From positions 2,016,001 through 2,080,000 of the forward strand of contig CBDCJV010000002.1 in assembly GCA_965217895.1 (NCBI GenBank): a stretch of DNA of 64,000 bases, read 5' to 3'. Source of the DNA: Waterburya sp. (lineage in GTDB: Bacteria; Cyanobacteriota; Cyanobacteriia; Cyanobacteriales; Xenococcaceae). The translations under genes were made by a program, and so were the position numbers. The notes under the pieces were generated by a model. That model was not told the origin of the DNA and ran no database searches. It was given only the letters and a program-made list of their open reading frames with translations. Within the stretch, counting starts at the first letter, position 1, and each line of letters begins with the position of its first letter. Positions 43,101 to 51,393 of this stretch are shown here, one piece after another.

Positions 43101-46100
43101 GAGAATCAACCACCAAACAGTTTAAATAAACTAGAAAGCCTAGATAAAATTATGGCTGCTAATCAACACGACTTTAAAGAAATATTATCTCAGTATTTTA
43201 GCGATCGCAGTTCCTTTTTAGCTGAAATAATTAAAGCAGATCTGGCAACTCTACCAAAGCAATTATTAAATTTAGAAAGCAGAAGCGATCGGGATTTAGT
43301 ACCTATGCTATCTCGGTATTTCCAGATCAGAGGCTCGTTTCTAGGGCAAATCATTAATTCAGACCTAAAATCTTTAAACTATCTCGATGGGTTAAAAACG
43401 CGATCGCCCTACCAAGAATTAGAGTTGAGCAATGCTATAAAATCAAATCTCAATTATCTCAATGGCAATAGTAATAATCATCAACAAGCCGAGCAAAATT
43501 ATGTTAACAAAGCTGTTTCATTGAAGCCAGAAGTAAAGCATCAAGCCGAAGCAGCTAATAATTTGCGATCGCATATCGAACAATTTTTATTAAACTCAGT
43601 TGTCGAGAAAACAGGTTATCCCCTAGAAAGTATCGACCTAAGTTTAAAATTATTAGATGACTTAAATTTAGACTCGATTAAAGCAGGAGAACTAATTGCT
43701 ATAACTGCTAAGAAGTTTGGTGTAGCTGGGCAATTACAGCCCTCTAGTTTGGCTAACGGTACTCTCAAGCAGATAGCAGAAGAAATTGTCTTATCAATTT
43801 CTGGAGATTCAAAAGTAGTCAATGACAATCCTAAAGCTGAAGGCGCGGTACTAGCCAACAAAAATCAGAAAATCGTTCCAAATATTGTAGTTAGATCGTC
43901 AACTTCTACCTGGGTGCGTAATTTTGCGATCGCCTATGTCGAGCAAAAAATACCTCAACGGGATAAAGATTGGTTACAAGCCAAAGTTTTAGTTGTTACT
44001 GACAAGACTCATTTAATTGCTGATGTGGTAGCCGAACAGCTTGGTAATTTAGGTGCGCGAGTTGATCGCATTACTTATCAAGAAATAGATGATAATCTGA
44101 CTGTAACTGCTAACTATTCTGATTATTTTGCGTTGCTACCCCAGACGAGTAGCTCTTTACCATTAAAGACAATGGTAGAAAGGCTTAAAAGCATTGTTAC
44201 GGCTAGTAAAAACAGTCTTACTCCCAATATTGCTTATATTCAGTTTGGCGGTGGTTATTTCGGCGAGCGACCCCGCGCGCGGTCAACGCGCAAGGGAACC
44301 CGCGAGCTTGGACAGGGAAAACAAGCAATATCTCCAGAAGTATGTTGCGCTGCTGCTTTTGCTCGAAGCTGGCATTTAGAGCGTTCGGATTTGCGAGTGC
44401 GAGTTATCGATCTGGCTACAGAAATTGAACCCAATGATGCTGCTCAATTAGCGATCGCCGAACTAGCAGGAAATGAAGCGATTGTTACTGTAGGCTATGA
44501 TGCAAATAAGAGACGTTTAGTTCCCAGACCCCTATTACAGCAACCAGTTCACTACCAAAAGCGCGATCGCTCATGGTCGGAACAAGATGTGATTTTAGTT
44601 ACGGGAGGCGCGAAAGGAATCACCGCCGAGTGTGCTTTAGCTTTAGCGCAGTCAATTGATGTAAGAATGGCAATAGTGGGACGTTCTAACCAATCAAAGG
44701 TAGCTCAAACCTTAGAACGATTTCCTAAGCAAGATCGAATCCGCTACTATACCTGCGATATTACCGATGCTGATGCAGTCAAACGATTAATTACTACGAT
44801 TACTGCCGACTTAGGTACAGTTACTGGCGTAATTCATGGTGCGGGAGTCAATCAGCCTCAAAGAGTTGAAGAAGTCAGTGTTGAAGCTGCGGTTGAAGAA
44901 GTGTCGCCCAAGCTACTAGGAGCATATAACCTCTTGCAATCCTTGGCAGCAACTCCACCAAAGTTATTTATGGCGTTTAGCTCGATCATCGGCGTAACGG
45001 GAATGCCTGGTAATGCTTGGTATGGATTTTCTAACGAATCTCTAGCCATCTTACTGCGCCAGTTTAACCGCCATCACCCAGAAACTCAAACTCTTTCTTT
45101 GGCTTACAGCGTTTGGGGTGAGGTAGGCATGGGAGCGCGTTTGGGTAGTCTCAAAAATCTAGAGCGCATGGGCATTGATGCTATTCCTACCCAAGAAGGA
45201 GTAAATCGCTTTGTTCAGCTTTTTCATTACGATCCAGGAGTACAGCAGATAATTATTGCTGCACGTTTGGGTGGTTTGGATACCTGGCTACCAGATTTTT
45301 CTCCACCAACCAAATTACGTTTTATCGAGTCAGTTTTGCACCTCGAACCCGAAGTAGAATTGACCGCTCGCACTCATCTTAGTTTAGAACGGGATTTATA
45401 CTTACAAGACCATCTCTGGCGCGGGTCTTATCTCTTTCCCACCGTATTCGGTTTAGAAGCAATGGCTCAAGCAACTGCCTACGTTCTGGGGGAAGAAAAA
45501 CCTGCGATCGCAGCAATTGAAGATATTTCTTTGAAACAGCCAATTGTCGTCGATCCAGATCGGGGAGTGGCTATAGAAATTTATGCTGAGGTGTTAGAAG
45601 TCGATCTTCAGGGAGAACGACGAGTCAAAGTCGCAATTCGCAGCGAACAGAGTAACTTTACTAGCGATTGCTTTACCGCCACATTAGTTATTAAAGAGGC
45701 AAAAGCACCAGTAAAACTAGATTTGAAACTAGATCGAGCCTTAGAATTAAATCCCCAAACCGATCTTTATGGCGACTTACTCTTTCAGGGTTCGCGTTTT
45801 CAAAGAATGGGTAAAATTTTTACTCTGACTTCTACAAATTGTGTTTTCCAGGCTGAAATGCGATCGCCAGACGAACTAATAGCAGATAGCTTTACTACTT
45901 ATGAAGATAGCTATCTAATTTTGGGCGATCCTTACTTGAGAGATGTATTACTCCAGTCAGTCCAGCTTACTATTCCCCGCGATATTTCCTTGCCCGTTAA
46001 GATCGGTAAGATTGAACTGTTTAATAATTCTTCAAGTCGCAATAATTCTAACAAAATCGTAACGGCTCATTTGCAACCGCGGTCAGGAAATGAATATTTA

Positions 46101-47951
46101 AGTGAAGTTTTGCTTACCGACGACTCAGGCCTTGTTTTAGAAAAATTGACTAGCTATCGTCTGCGGATTCTCGAAGAACATCCTGATAACCCAACTGCGG
46201 TCGAATTGGCTTTTCCTGAAACTCGCGATCGCCAGCTACTCGATCGGGCTTTAAAATCTGTTACAGATAAGTTCGATCTAAATTTACCTGCTATAGCTCT
46301 GGGAGTTACGCCCAATATACACAAAGTCAGCAAAGAACAACGCCGTCAAATAGAAAAACCGATTGTAGCTGATGCTCTAAATACTAAACTAGGTTTATCC
46401 TCCACAGCAGAAATTGAATTTGAGATTGAGTCTTTAGCTTCTGGGAAACCACAGCTGAAGGGGGCGGAAACCGCAGGATTAGAACTGTCTCTATCTCACT
46501 GCGATCGCTATTGTTTGGCTGTAATAGATAAAACGCCACAAGGATGCGACATTGAGCCAATTACTCTTCGTTTGACAGAAGATTGGCAAGCCCTTTTAGG
46601 AAACTCCCAAAGCGAGATTATTGCAGAATTAATTCAACAAGGAGACAGCCTAGACATGGCTGGTACTAGAATTTGGTCGGCAGGTGAAGCAATTAATAAA
46701 GCCTTCAACGACACTGATGCCCAATTTTCAATTAGCAATCGCGATGGCGATGCGGTGTTGTTAAAGTGTTTGACTCCTACAGGCAAATACTATGTCGTTA
46801 CATTTCCTATTAAATTAACTCGTCCTCTAGAAAGAATCATTGCGATCGCCGTTTCCTTACCTGGAACTGATTCAATCCCTGTAGTTTCTGCCCTCTCAAC
46901 TGATATTGCCGAAAATCGCAGCCATCGCTCCCGTTATACCAGAGACAATCCCCAAGGACAATTAGTTTACGAACAGCGTTTTCAAGCCAGCTTTAAAGAT
47001 AGTGGCAGTATTAGTCGTCACGTCTATTTCTCCCAGTATTTTCGCTGGATTGGTAAAATTCGCGAAATACCGATGGAAAGCATTGCCAACCAAATTTTAA
47101 GAGACTTCTTAACTGGAGAATGGGGCATGGTAACTAATACCGTTAGTCTGCGGGTATTGGGTGAAGCCACTGCTTATGATGTGATTCAAGCCCGCGCTTG
47201 GGTAGGTAATATTGTTGATTCTTCTTTTACTACTTATATTGAATTTTGCCAAGTGCTGCCTGACGAATCTTTAAGCAGACTGGCGATCGCTGAAGTTAAA
47301 GCTACCTGGGTACGTCTAGTTAGCTATGGTGTTCCTTCTCCTATGACTTTTCCAGACTATCTACAAGAATACCTCGACCGATTCGCGACCAAAAAACCAG
47401 CCACTCTCGATCTTAAACAACCCGATTCTTTACCCCTGCCACCATTACCTGCTAGTCTGAAGGAAATAAACTTAGGTCATTTACTACAACAGGCTTCTTC
47501 TCAGGAGCGTTATGGACAGCTAATCTACTCCGAAGTTTTTCAGACAACTCTAGAAGAATCAAATTTAGTCGGTAATGTTTATTACGGCAACTACTTTATC
47601 TGGCAAGGTCGGATTCTCGATCTGTTTCTCTACTCAATCGCTCCTGAATATTTACGGGTTTCAAACCCTCGCGGGGAAATGATTTGTCTGTACAGTCGTA
47701 TGGACTATCTAAAAGAAGCAATGCCTTTTGACAAAATTCGCGTCGATCTTTATGTCAGCTCGGTTTTTGAATCTGGAGCAAAATTTAACTTTGAATTCTT
47801 TCGAGAACAACCAGACGGAAAAAGAGAAAAACTTCACATTGGTCAGCAAGAGGTGGCATGGGTAAAACGGCTAGAAAATGGTACTCCTGTATCTACATCG
47901 TTGCCTCCGATATTGAGACAAAAGCTTTTAAAATCATTTAGCAAAAACTAA
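40176..47951 (+). CDS. Enediyne-type iterative type I PKS (KS-AT-ACP-KR-DH-PPTase) with two fused hot-dog thioesterase domains
   Basis: KS DGACASS/EGHGTGT/GHTKAAAG with PKSE-like LRLRWPYVRR and EDSLAGGLSNTIAGRICN; AT GHSLG; ACP LNLDSI; KR TGGAKGITAECA; DH DHLWRGSYLFP; PPTase SLSH/GCDIE/RIWSAGE; TE EESNLVGNVYYGNYFIWQGR. Confidence 0.92.
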   Translation: MPNINRQSKTKATLSAIAVVGMSCQYPGAKDIRQLWSNILAKRQQFRQIPDVRLPIAEYYDRDRSVPDKTYGDRAAVIDGFEFDWIGRRIPQQTVQTTDIVHWLALETANEALKDAGFNRQNVNTAKTGVILGNTLTGEQTRASTLRLRWPYVRRALIASAQARKMSDRVIEALVETMEQFYKSVFAPVNEDSLAGGLSNTIAGRICNFFNFDGGGYTVDGACASSLIATATACSKLVSGDLDLALAGGVDVSLDTFELIGFAKTGALTAGDMAVYDRRASGFIPGEGCGFVVLKRLADARAAGDYVYGVIRGWGISSDGKGGITAPSGIGQSKAILRAYEKAGYHPSELDFIEGHGTGTPVGDRVELEGIALAISQGEAQIKLRSVGITSFKSLVGHTKAAAGVGGLIKAVMAVNQRIIPPTAGCAEANPLFATTAQSIYPVLTGKVCQPNTTLRAGVSAMGFGGINSHLTLESGDHAAEHLKTDLFPKALLVSAQDSEVFILSAISVEKLLERIERLIDLARGISLAEMVDLAALLTRQIDSQQQVRAAIIVTTPKQLAEILQKIKQILADSPPAKGELTTSPTQDFWLANTVNHSKVAFIFPGQGSQRLNMASTLVERYDWAQQLVRQADKWLEEVSCQPVSPLIYCCLEQAADESEITNWFRDLSRAEIASPAICLVSLLWLRYLQELGIEPVAVGGHSLGELTAFYQIGAFDAKTLIQFAAIRGRALANSGKETGAMASLGCDRAFADQIIQQASGYVVIANLNSPSQTVVSGESESIDSVVKIAVARGIQVKKLPVANAFHSEIVREAAKYITNNAAVPAKLVDTATPLFSSIDGKQIQPEVKLSHHFGKQIVSAVDFVALTTNIYQHCDLILEVGSGRVLANLINTTINSKQPVGFCTEGKPTTSKNLNCFLGRLFVANQEINWQALYKNRLVHSFIPPSEKLFIDNPCERPFKVPETYLSQLTPILTENQPPNSLNKLESLDKIMAANQHDFKEILSQYFSDRSSFLAEIIKADLATLPKQLLNLESRSDRDLVPMLSRYFQIRGSFLGQIINSDLKSLNYLDGLKTRSPYQELELSNAIKSNLNYLNGNSNNHQQAEQNYVNKAVSLKPEVKHQAEAANNLRSHIEQFLLNSVVEKTGYPLESIDLSLKLLDDLNLDSIKAGELIAITAKKFGVAGQLQPSSLANGTLKQIAEEIVLSISGDSKVVNDNPKAEGAVLANKNQKIVPNIVVRSSTSTWVRNFAIAYVEQKIPQRDKDWLQAKVLVVTDKTHLIADVVAEQLGNLGARVDRITYQEIDDNLTVTANYSDYFALLPQTSSSLPLKTMVERLKSIVTASKNSLTPNIAYIQFGGGYFGERPRARSTRKGTRELGQGKQAISPEVCCAAAFARSWHLERSDLRVRVIDLATEIEPNDAAQLAIAELAGNEAIVTVGYDANKRRLVPRPLLQQPVHYQKRDRSWSEQDVILVTGGAKGITAECALALAQSIDVRMAIVGRSNQSKVAQTLERFPKQDRIRYYTCDITDADAVKRLITTITADLGTVTGVIHGAGVNQPQRVEEVSVEAAVEEVSPKLLGAYNLLQSLAATPPKLFMAFSSIIGVTGMPGNAWYGFSNESLAILLRQFNRHHPETQTLSLAYSVWGEVGMGARLGSLKNLERMGIDAIPTQEGVNRFVQLFHYDPGVQQIIIAARLGGLDTWLPDFSPPTKLRFIESVLHLEPEVELTARTHLSLERDLYLQDHLWRGSYLFPTVFGLEAMAQATAYVLGEEKPAIAAIEDISLKQPIVVDPDRGVAIEIYAEVLEVDLQGERRVKVAIRSEQSNFTSDCFTATLVIKEAKAPVKLDLKLDRALELNPQTDLYGDLLFQGSRFQRMGKIFTLTSTNCVFQAEMRSPDELIADSFTTYEDSYLILGDPYLRDVLLQSVQLTIPRDISLPVKIGKIELFNNSSSRNNSNKIVTAHLQPRSGNEYLSEVLLTDDSGLVLEKLTSYRLRILEEHPDNPTAVELAFPETRDRQLLDRALKSVTDKFDLNLPAIALGVTPNIHKVSKEQRRQIEKPIVADALNTKLGLSSTAEIEFEIESLASGKPQLKGAETAGLELSLSHCDRYCLAVIDKTPQGCDIEPITLRLTEDWQALLGNSQSEIIAELIQQGDSLDMAGTRIWSAGEAINKAFNDTDAQFSISNRDGDAVLLKCLTPTGKYYVVTFPIKLTRPLERIIAIAVSLPGTDSIPVVSALSTDIAENRSHRSRYTRDNPQGQLVYEQRFQASFKDSGSISRHVYFSQYFRWIGKIREIPMESIANQILRDFLTGEWGMVTNTVSLRVLGEATAYDVIQARAWVGNIVDSSFTTYIEFCQVLPDESLSRLAIAEVKATWVRLVSYGVPSPMTFPDYLQEYLDRFATKKPATLDLKQPDSLPLPPLPASLKEINLGHLLQQASSQERYGQLIYSEVFQTTLEESNLVGNVYYGNYFIWQGRILDLFLYSIAPEYLRVSNPRGEMICLYSRMDYLKEAMPFDKIRVDLYVSSVFESGAKFNFEFFREQPDGKREKLHIGQQEVAWVKRLENGTPVSTSLPPILRQKLLKSFSKN

Positions 47952-48011
47952 TTATGGATCTAGGTCTGTAAAATTAGCTGTAGTTTGAAACAATTTTGAG
48001 GAGCAATTGAT

Positions 48012-48989
48012 ATGGACAATATGGAATTTATTATTAATGCAGTCAGTGGTACTGATGCCAATGACTTTCTCTTGGGCAGTCCTAACAATGATGCGATCGA
48101 GGGAAACGGTGGTAATGATTTGCTACTTGCTAATCTTGGAGATGACGCTTTAGTAGGTGGCAACGGTAACGATGCCATGTTTGGTGGTCCTGGGGTTGAT
48201 GTTTTAGATGGAGGCCCTGACGAGGATACGATCTTTGGTCAAGACGGTCTTGACGCGCTCAACGGTGGTGATGGCAACGATGCCATATTTGGTGGTGCAG
48301 ACCAAGATGCGCTCAACGGTGGCAATGGCGACGACGCTTTGTTTGGTGAGGGCGGTCTTAACTCGATTGACGGTGGTGATGGTCGCGATGCCCTATTTGG
48401 TGGTGAAGATAACGATATTTTAAATGGCGGTGCTGGGGATGATGGTTTATTAGGTAACGGCGGTAATGATGTCTTATTTGGCGAACTGGGCAACGATGTG
48501 ATGTCTGGCGGTGACGGCGACGATCGCATGAATGGCGATAAAAACAACGATGCTATGTTTGGTGGCAACGGTGACGATATCTTAATTGGTGGCGATGATA
48601 ACGACGTGCTTTCTGGAGATGACGGTAGCGATCTTTTAATTGGTGGCGCGGGAATAGACCAAATTACAGGCGGTGCTGGTGCCGATTTCTTTGGTTTGAC
48701 TACCGAAACAGGAGCCAACATTATTACCGATTTTGTAGTTGAAGATGATACTCTCTTTGTCTCCGCTGCGGATTTTGGTGGAGGCTTAACCCCAGGTGCG
48801 CTGATTCAACCAGAGAGTTTTGTCCTGGGAACGTCAGCTACTACGGAGAGCGATCGCTTTATTTACAATGATGCGGACGGTTCTCTATTCTTTGATGTAG
48901 ATGGAGTTGGCGCAAGCGAACAGATTCAAATAGCAAGCTTATCAACAGGACTTGAATTGACTAATAACGATATTTTCGTTTTTGCTTAA
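48012..48989 (+). CDS. RTX/hemolysin-type calcium-binding protein
   Basis: About 20 GGxGxDxLx nonapeptides; C-terminal DRFIYN..GSLFFD.DG domain; no signal peptide. Confidence 0.9.
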   Translation: MDNMEFIINAVSGTDANDFLLGSPNNDAIEGNGGNDLLLANLGDDALVGGNGNDAMFGGPGVDVLDGGPDEDTIFGQDGLDALNGGDGNDAIFGGADQDALNGGNGDDALFGEGGLNSIDGGDGRDALFGGEDNDILNGGAGDDGLLGNGGNDVLFGELGNDVMSGGDGDDRMNGDKNNDAMFGGNGDDILIGGDDNDVLSGDDGSDLLIGGAGIDQITGGAGADFFGLTTETGANIITDFVVEDDTLFVSAADFGGGLTPGALIQPESFVLGTSATTESDRFIYNDADGSLFFDVDGVGASEQIQIASLSTGLELTNNDIFVFA

Positions 48990-49039
48990 TTCATATAAAC
49001 CGCACCTCTATATTACCGAGAATAGAAAAGGAGACAATA

Positions 49040-49417
49040 ATGAAAATTCTCAGCCCTAAAATTCATGGATATCTAGACTATTTAGTAGTTGTCTGGTTTT
49101 TAGCTGCACCGACGTTATTCGGCTTGACTGACGTTGCTGCTAATATTTCTTATGCTCTGGCGATTATTCATCTAGGGTTAACTGTTTTGACGGCTTTTCC
49201 CTTGGGTGTAATTAAAGTAATTCCCTTGCAGTTTCACGGCGCGATCGAATTTATTGTCTCTTTTGCTTTGATTGCTTTGCCCTGGGTACTAGGATTTGCT
49301 TCAGTGGCATCGGCGCGTAATTTTTATATCGCTTCAGGAATTGCCATCTTTATAGTTTGGCTGATTACTCGCTATCAAAGTGCAGGAGTTAAAACAAAAA
49401 CAATCAATCAACCATAA
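49040..49417 (+). CDS. Small 4-TM membrane protein (SPW-repeat-like)
   Basis: Repeated HG.(L/I)(D/E)(Y/F) motif and LPWVLGF; AGGAG RBS. Confidence 0.7.
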   Translation: MKILSPKIHGYLDYLVVVWFLAAPTLFGLTDVAANISYALAIIHLGLTVLTAFPLGVIKVIPLQFHGAIEFIVSFALIALPWVLGFASVASARNFYIASGIAIFIVWLITRYQSAGVKTKTINQP

Positions 49418-49542
49418 AGATTATCTAGTTAAGAAGTTAAGCAATCGCATTTAATTCTCGAATAGAAATACCGATCTATCATTAGAACACAGTTAAATAC
49501 TCACAATAATAATCTTTCGTCTTTAATCGATCAAAATAAATA

Positions 49543-51300
49543 ATGCTTACTGCTAAATTATTAGAATACGACGTAGTAATTATGGGTGCGGGTTTTGCTG
49601 GACTCTGCCAAGCTCGGCACTTAATGCTTAATGTTCCAGGAGTAAAAGTTGCTTTAGTCGATCCGCGACCCGAAAAGCGATCTCATAAAGATCTGAAAAT
49701 TGGTGAATCGACGATCGAAATTGCGGCTCTTTTTCTGTCCAAAGAATTAGGTCTGCACGAATACTTAATTGAAAACCACGCACCCAAAAAAGGCTTGAAT
49801 TTTCACTGGGCAAAAAACGGAGGCGCGGGTAAAACCAACGCTATAGAAGACTACTACCACGTTTGGTCAAACCGACAAGTACCAATTCCTTCTTTTCAAA
49901 TTAATCGAGCGAGGTTTGAAGAGGACTTGCTGGCTATGAATCAAGAAATGGGGGCTGTATTCTATCACGGGCGAGTAGTTGATGCCGATCTTACTCCCAA
50001 AGATGTAGTTAAAATCGTCACGATCAAAACTGGTGGAGAAAACTTGGAACTAAAAGCCAAGCACGTTATTGATGCTGCTGGTCGCAAGTTTATCATTGGG
50101 CGCAAAACAGACAATCTAATTTTTGAACCAGAAAATCTGATGGGATTGAATACTGGTTCTGCCTGGATGCGGATTAAAAACGCCGACCGCACTATTTTCC
50201 ACGACGGATATGACCCAACGGGAGCATCAACCAGTCATTACTACTCTACTAATCATTTTTTTGGGCGCGGTCATTGGCTGTGGATGATTCCTACCGATAC
50301 TGAATCTGGAGAATTATCTATTGGCATGATTCACCATCATCAAGAGTTACCAGCTAGCCAAGTTAATACCCAAGAAAAATTCCGTACTTTTCTGCAAAAT
50401 AACCATGCCATCTTAGATCGGTTGATTGAAAGTGGCGAACCAGTAGATTTTCAGTATCGATCGCGTTTGGCACACACTAGTAAAACCATGTTCTCAGAAG
50501 ACAACTGGTACGTACTCGGCGATGCTGCCTATATCTTCGATGCCTTTTATTCCTTTGGCACAACAACCGTTGCTTTAGCTATTGAAGCAATCACCGAAAT
50601 CGTGCGGGCTAAACTTGCTCAAGAACCAGATGCCGAAGCCAAACGTGCTGCATACAATGAGTTTAACTTGGCTTATGCCCGTAGCGTTAACTGTCTCTAT
50701 CGGGGTCACGATAAACAGCTAGGTCATGCCAGCGTCATGAGCTGGCGCATTTACTTTGAGTATATGTGGTGGTTTGGGGTTCAAGTCCCGATGTACGTTG
50801 GTAAATGGCATTTGGATCTCACCTTCATCTCGATATATGTCAAAACTTTAAATAGTAATGTAGATGGGCTGTTTGCCGATGTATGCCAACAGTTCGAGCA
50901 GTTGGTAGAACAAGATGTCAACCTTGGTTTAATGGACTGTTACCGCGCCGATGGATTGCTGGGTAACTATCACACCCTCAAGCACTTTGATCGCTTCTTA
51001 GAAAATACTAAACTCGAACCCAGACACTGCAACGTTTTTGCAGGTCTAAAATCTACTTGTTTTTATGCTGCTATTTGGTATGCCAAGTTTCAGTGGAAGG
51101 GTTTTGGCGTGCGGGGATTGTTAAGACCCCTCAGTCTTTATCATTTTGGTAGGTTATTAGCACTATCGGCTCAAGGAGCAATAGGCGAACTGGTCTACAA
51201 ATCTAAAACTAGAAATTTACCTGCTAACAGTCAAGTCGAACAAATGCAGCGAGAGTTTGAGTCTTACCAATACCAAACCGAACTACAGCCTTGGATTTAA
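49543..51300 (+). CDS. Flavin-dependent halogenase-like protein 1
   Basis: GAGFAG, KIGES, PKKG (candidate catalytic Lys), WLWMIP and GDAA motifs. Confidence 0.78.
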   Translation: MLTAKLLEYDVVIMGAGFAGLCQARHLMLNVPGVKVALVDPRPEKRSHKDLKIGESTIEIAALFLSKELGLHEYLIENHAPKKGLNFHWAKNGGAGKTNAIEDYYHVWSNRQVPIPSFQINRARFEEDLLAMNQEMGAVFYHGRVVDADLTPKDVVKIVTIKTGGENLELKAKHVIDAAGRKFIIGRKTDNLIFEPENLMGLNTGSAWMRIKNADRTIFHDGYDPTGASTSHYYSTNHFFGRGHWLWMIPTDTESGELSIGMIHHHQELPASQVNTQEKFRTFLQNNHAILDRLIESGEPVDFQYRSRLAHTSKTMFSEDNWYVLGDAAYIFDAFYSFGTTTVALAIEAITEIVRAKLAQEPDAEAKRAAYNEFNLAYARSVNCLYRGHDKQLGHASVMSWRIYFEYMWWFGVQVPMYVGKWHLDLTFISIYVKTLNSNVDGLFADVCQQFEQLVEQDVNLGLMDCYRADGLLGNYHTLKHFDRFLENTKLEPRHCNVFAGLKSTCFYAAIWYAKFQWKGFGVRGLLRPLSLYHFGRLLALSAQGAIGELVYKSKTRNLPANSQVEQMQREFESYQYQTELQPWI

Positions 51301-51393
51301 TAAATAGCTTTCCTGAAGGATACCGCCTTCTTATATTCGTAGAGGCGAACAATTGTTCGCCTCTACCTTTCTACTTTTTTAATAAAACCAACT

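Noticed and set aside
40176..47951. Canonical enediyne warhead cluster, or heterocyst glycolipid/PUFA synthase
   Set aside because: No recognisable E3/E4/E5 or tailoring genes for an enediyne; single ACP, integrated PPTase and E10-like TE with no enoyl reductase or chain-length-factor partner argue against Hgl/Pfa
48208..48721. Alternative-frame ORFs within the RTX gene, and other short antisense ORFs in the track
   Set aside because: Shadows of repetitive or strongly biased coding sequence on the real strand
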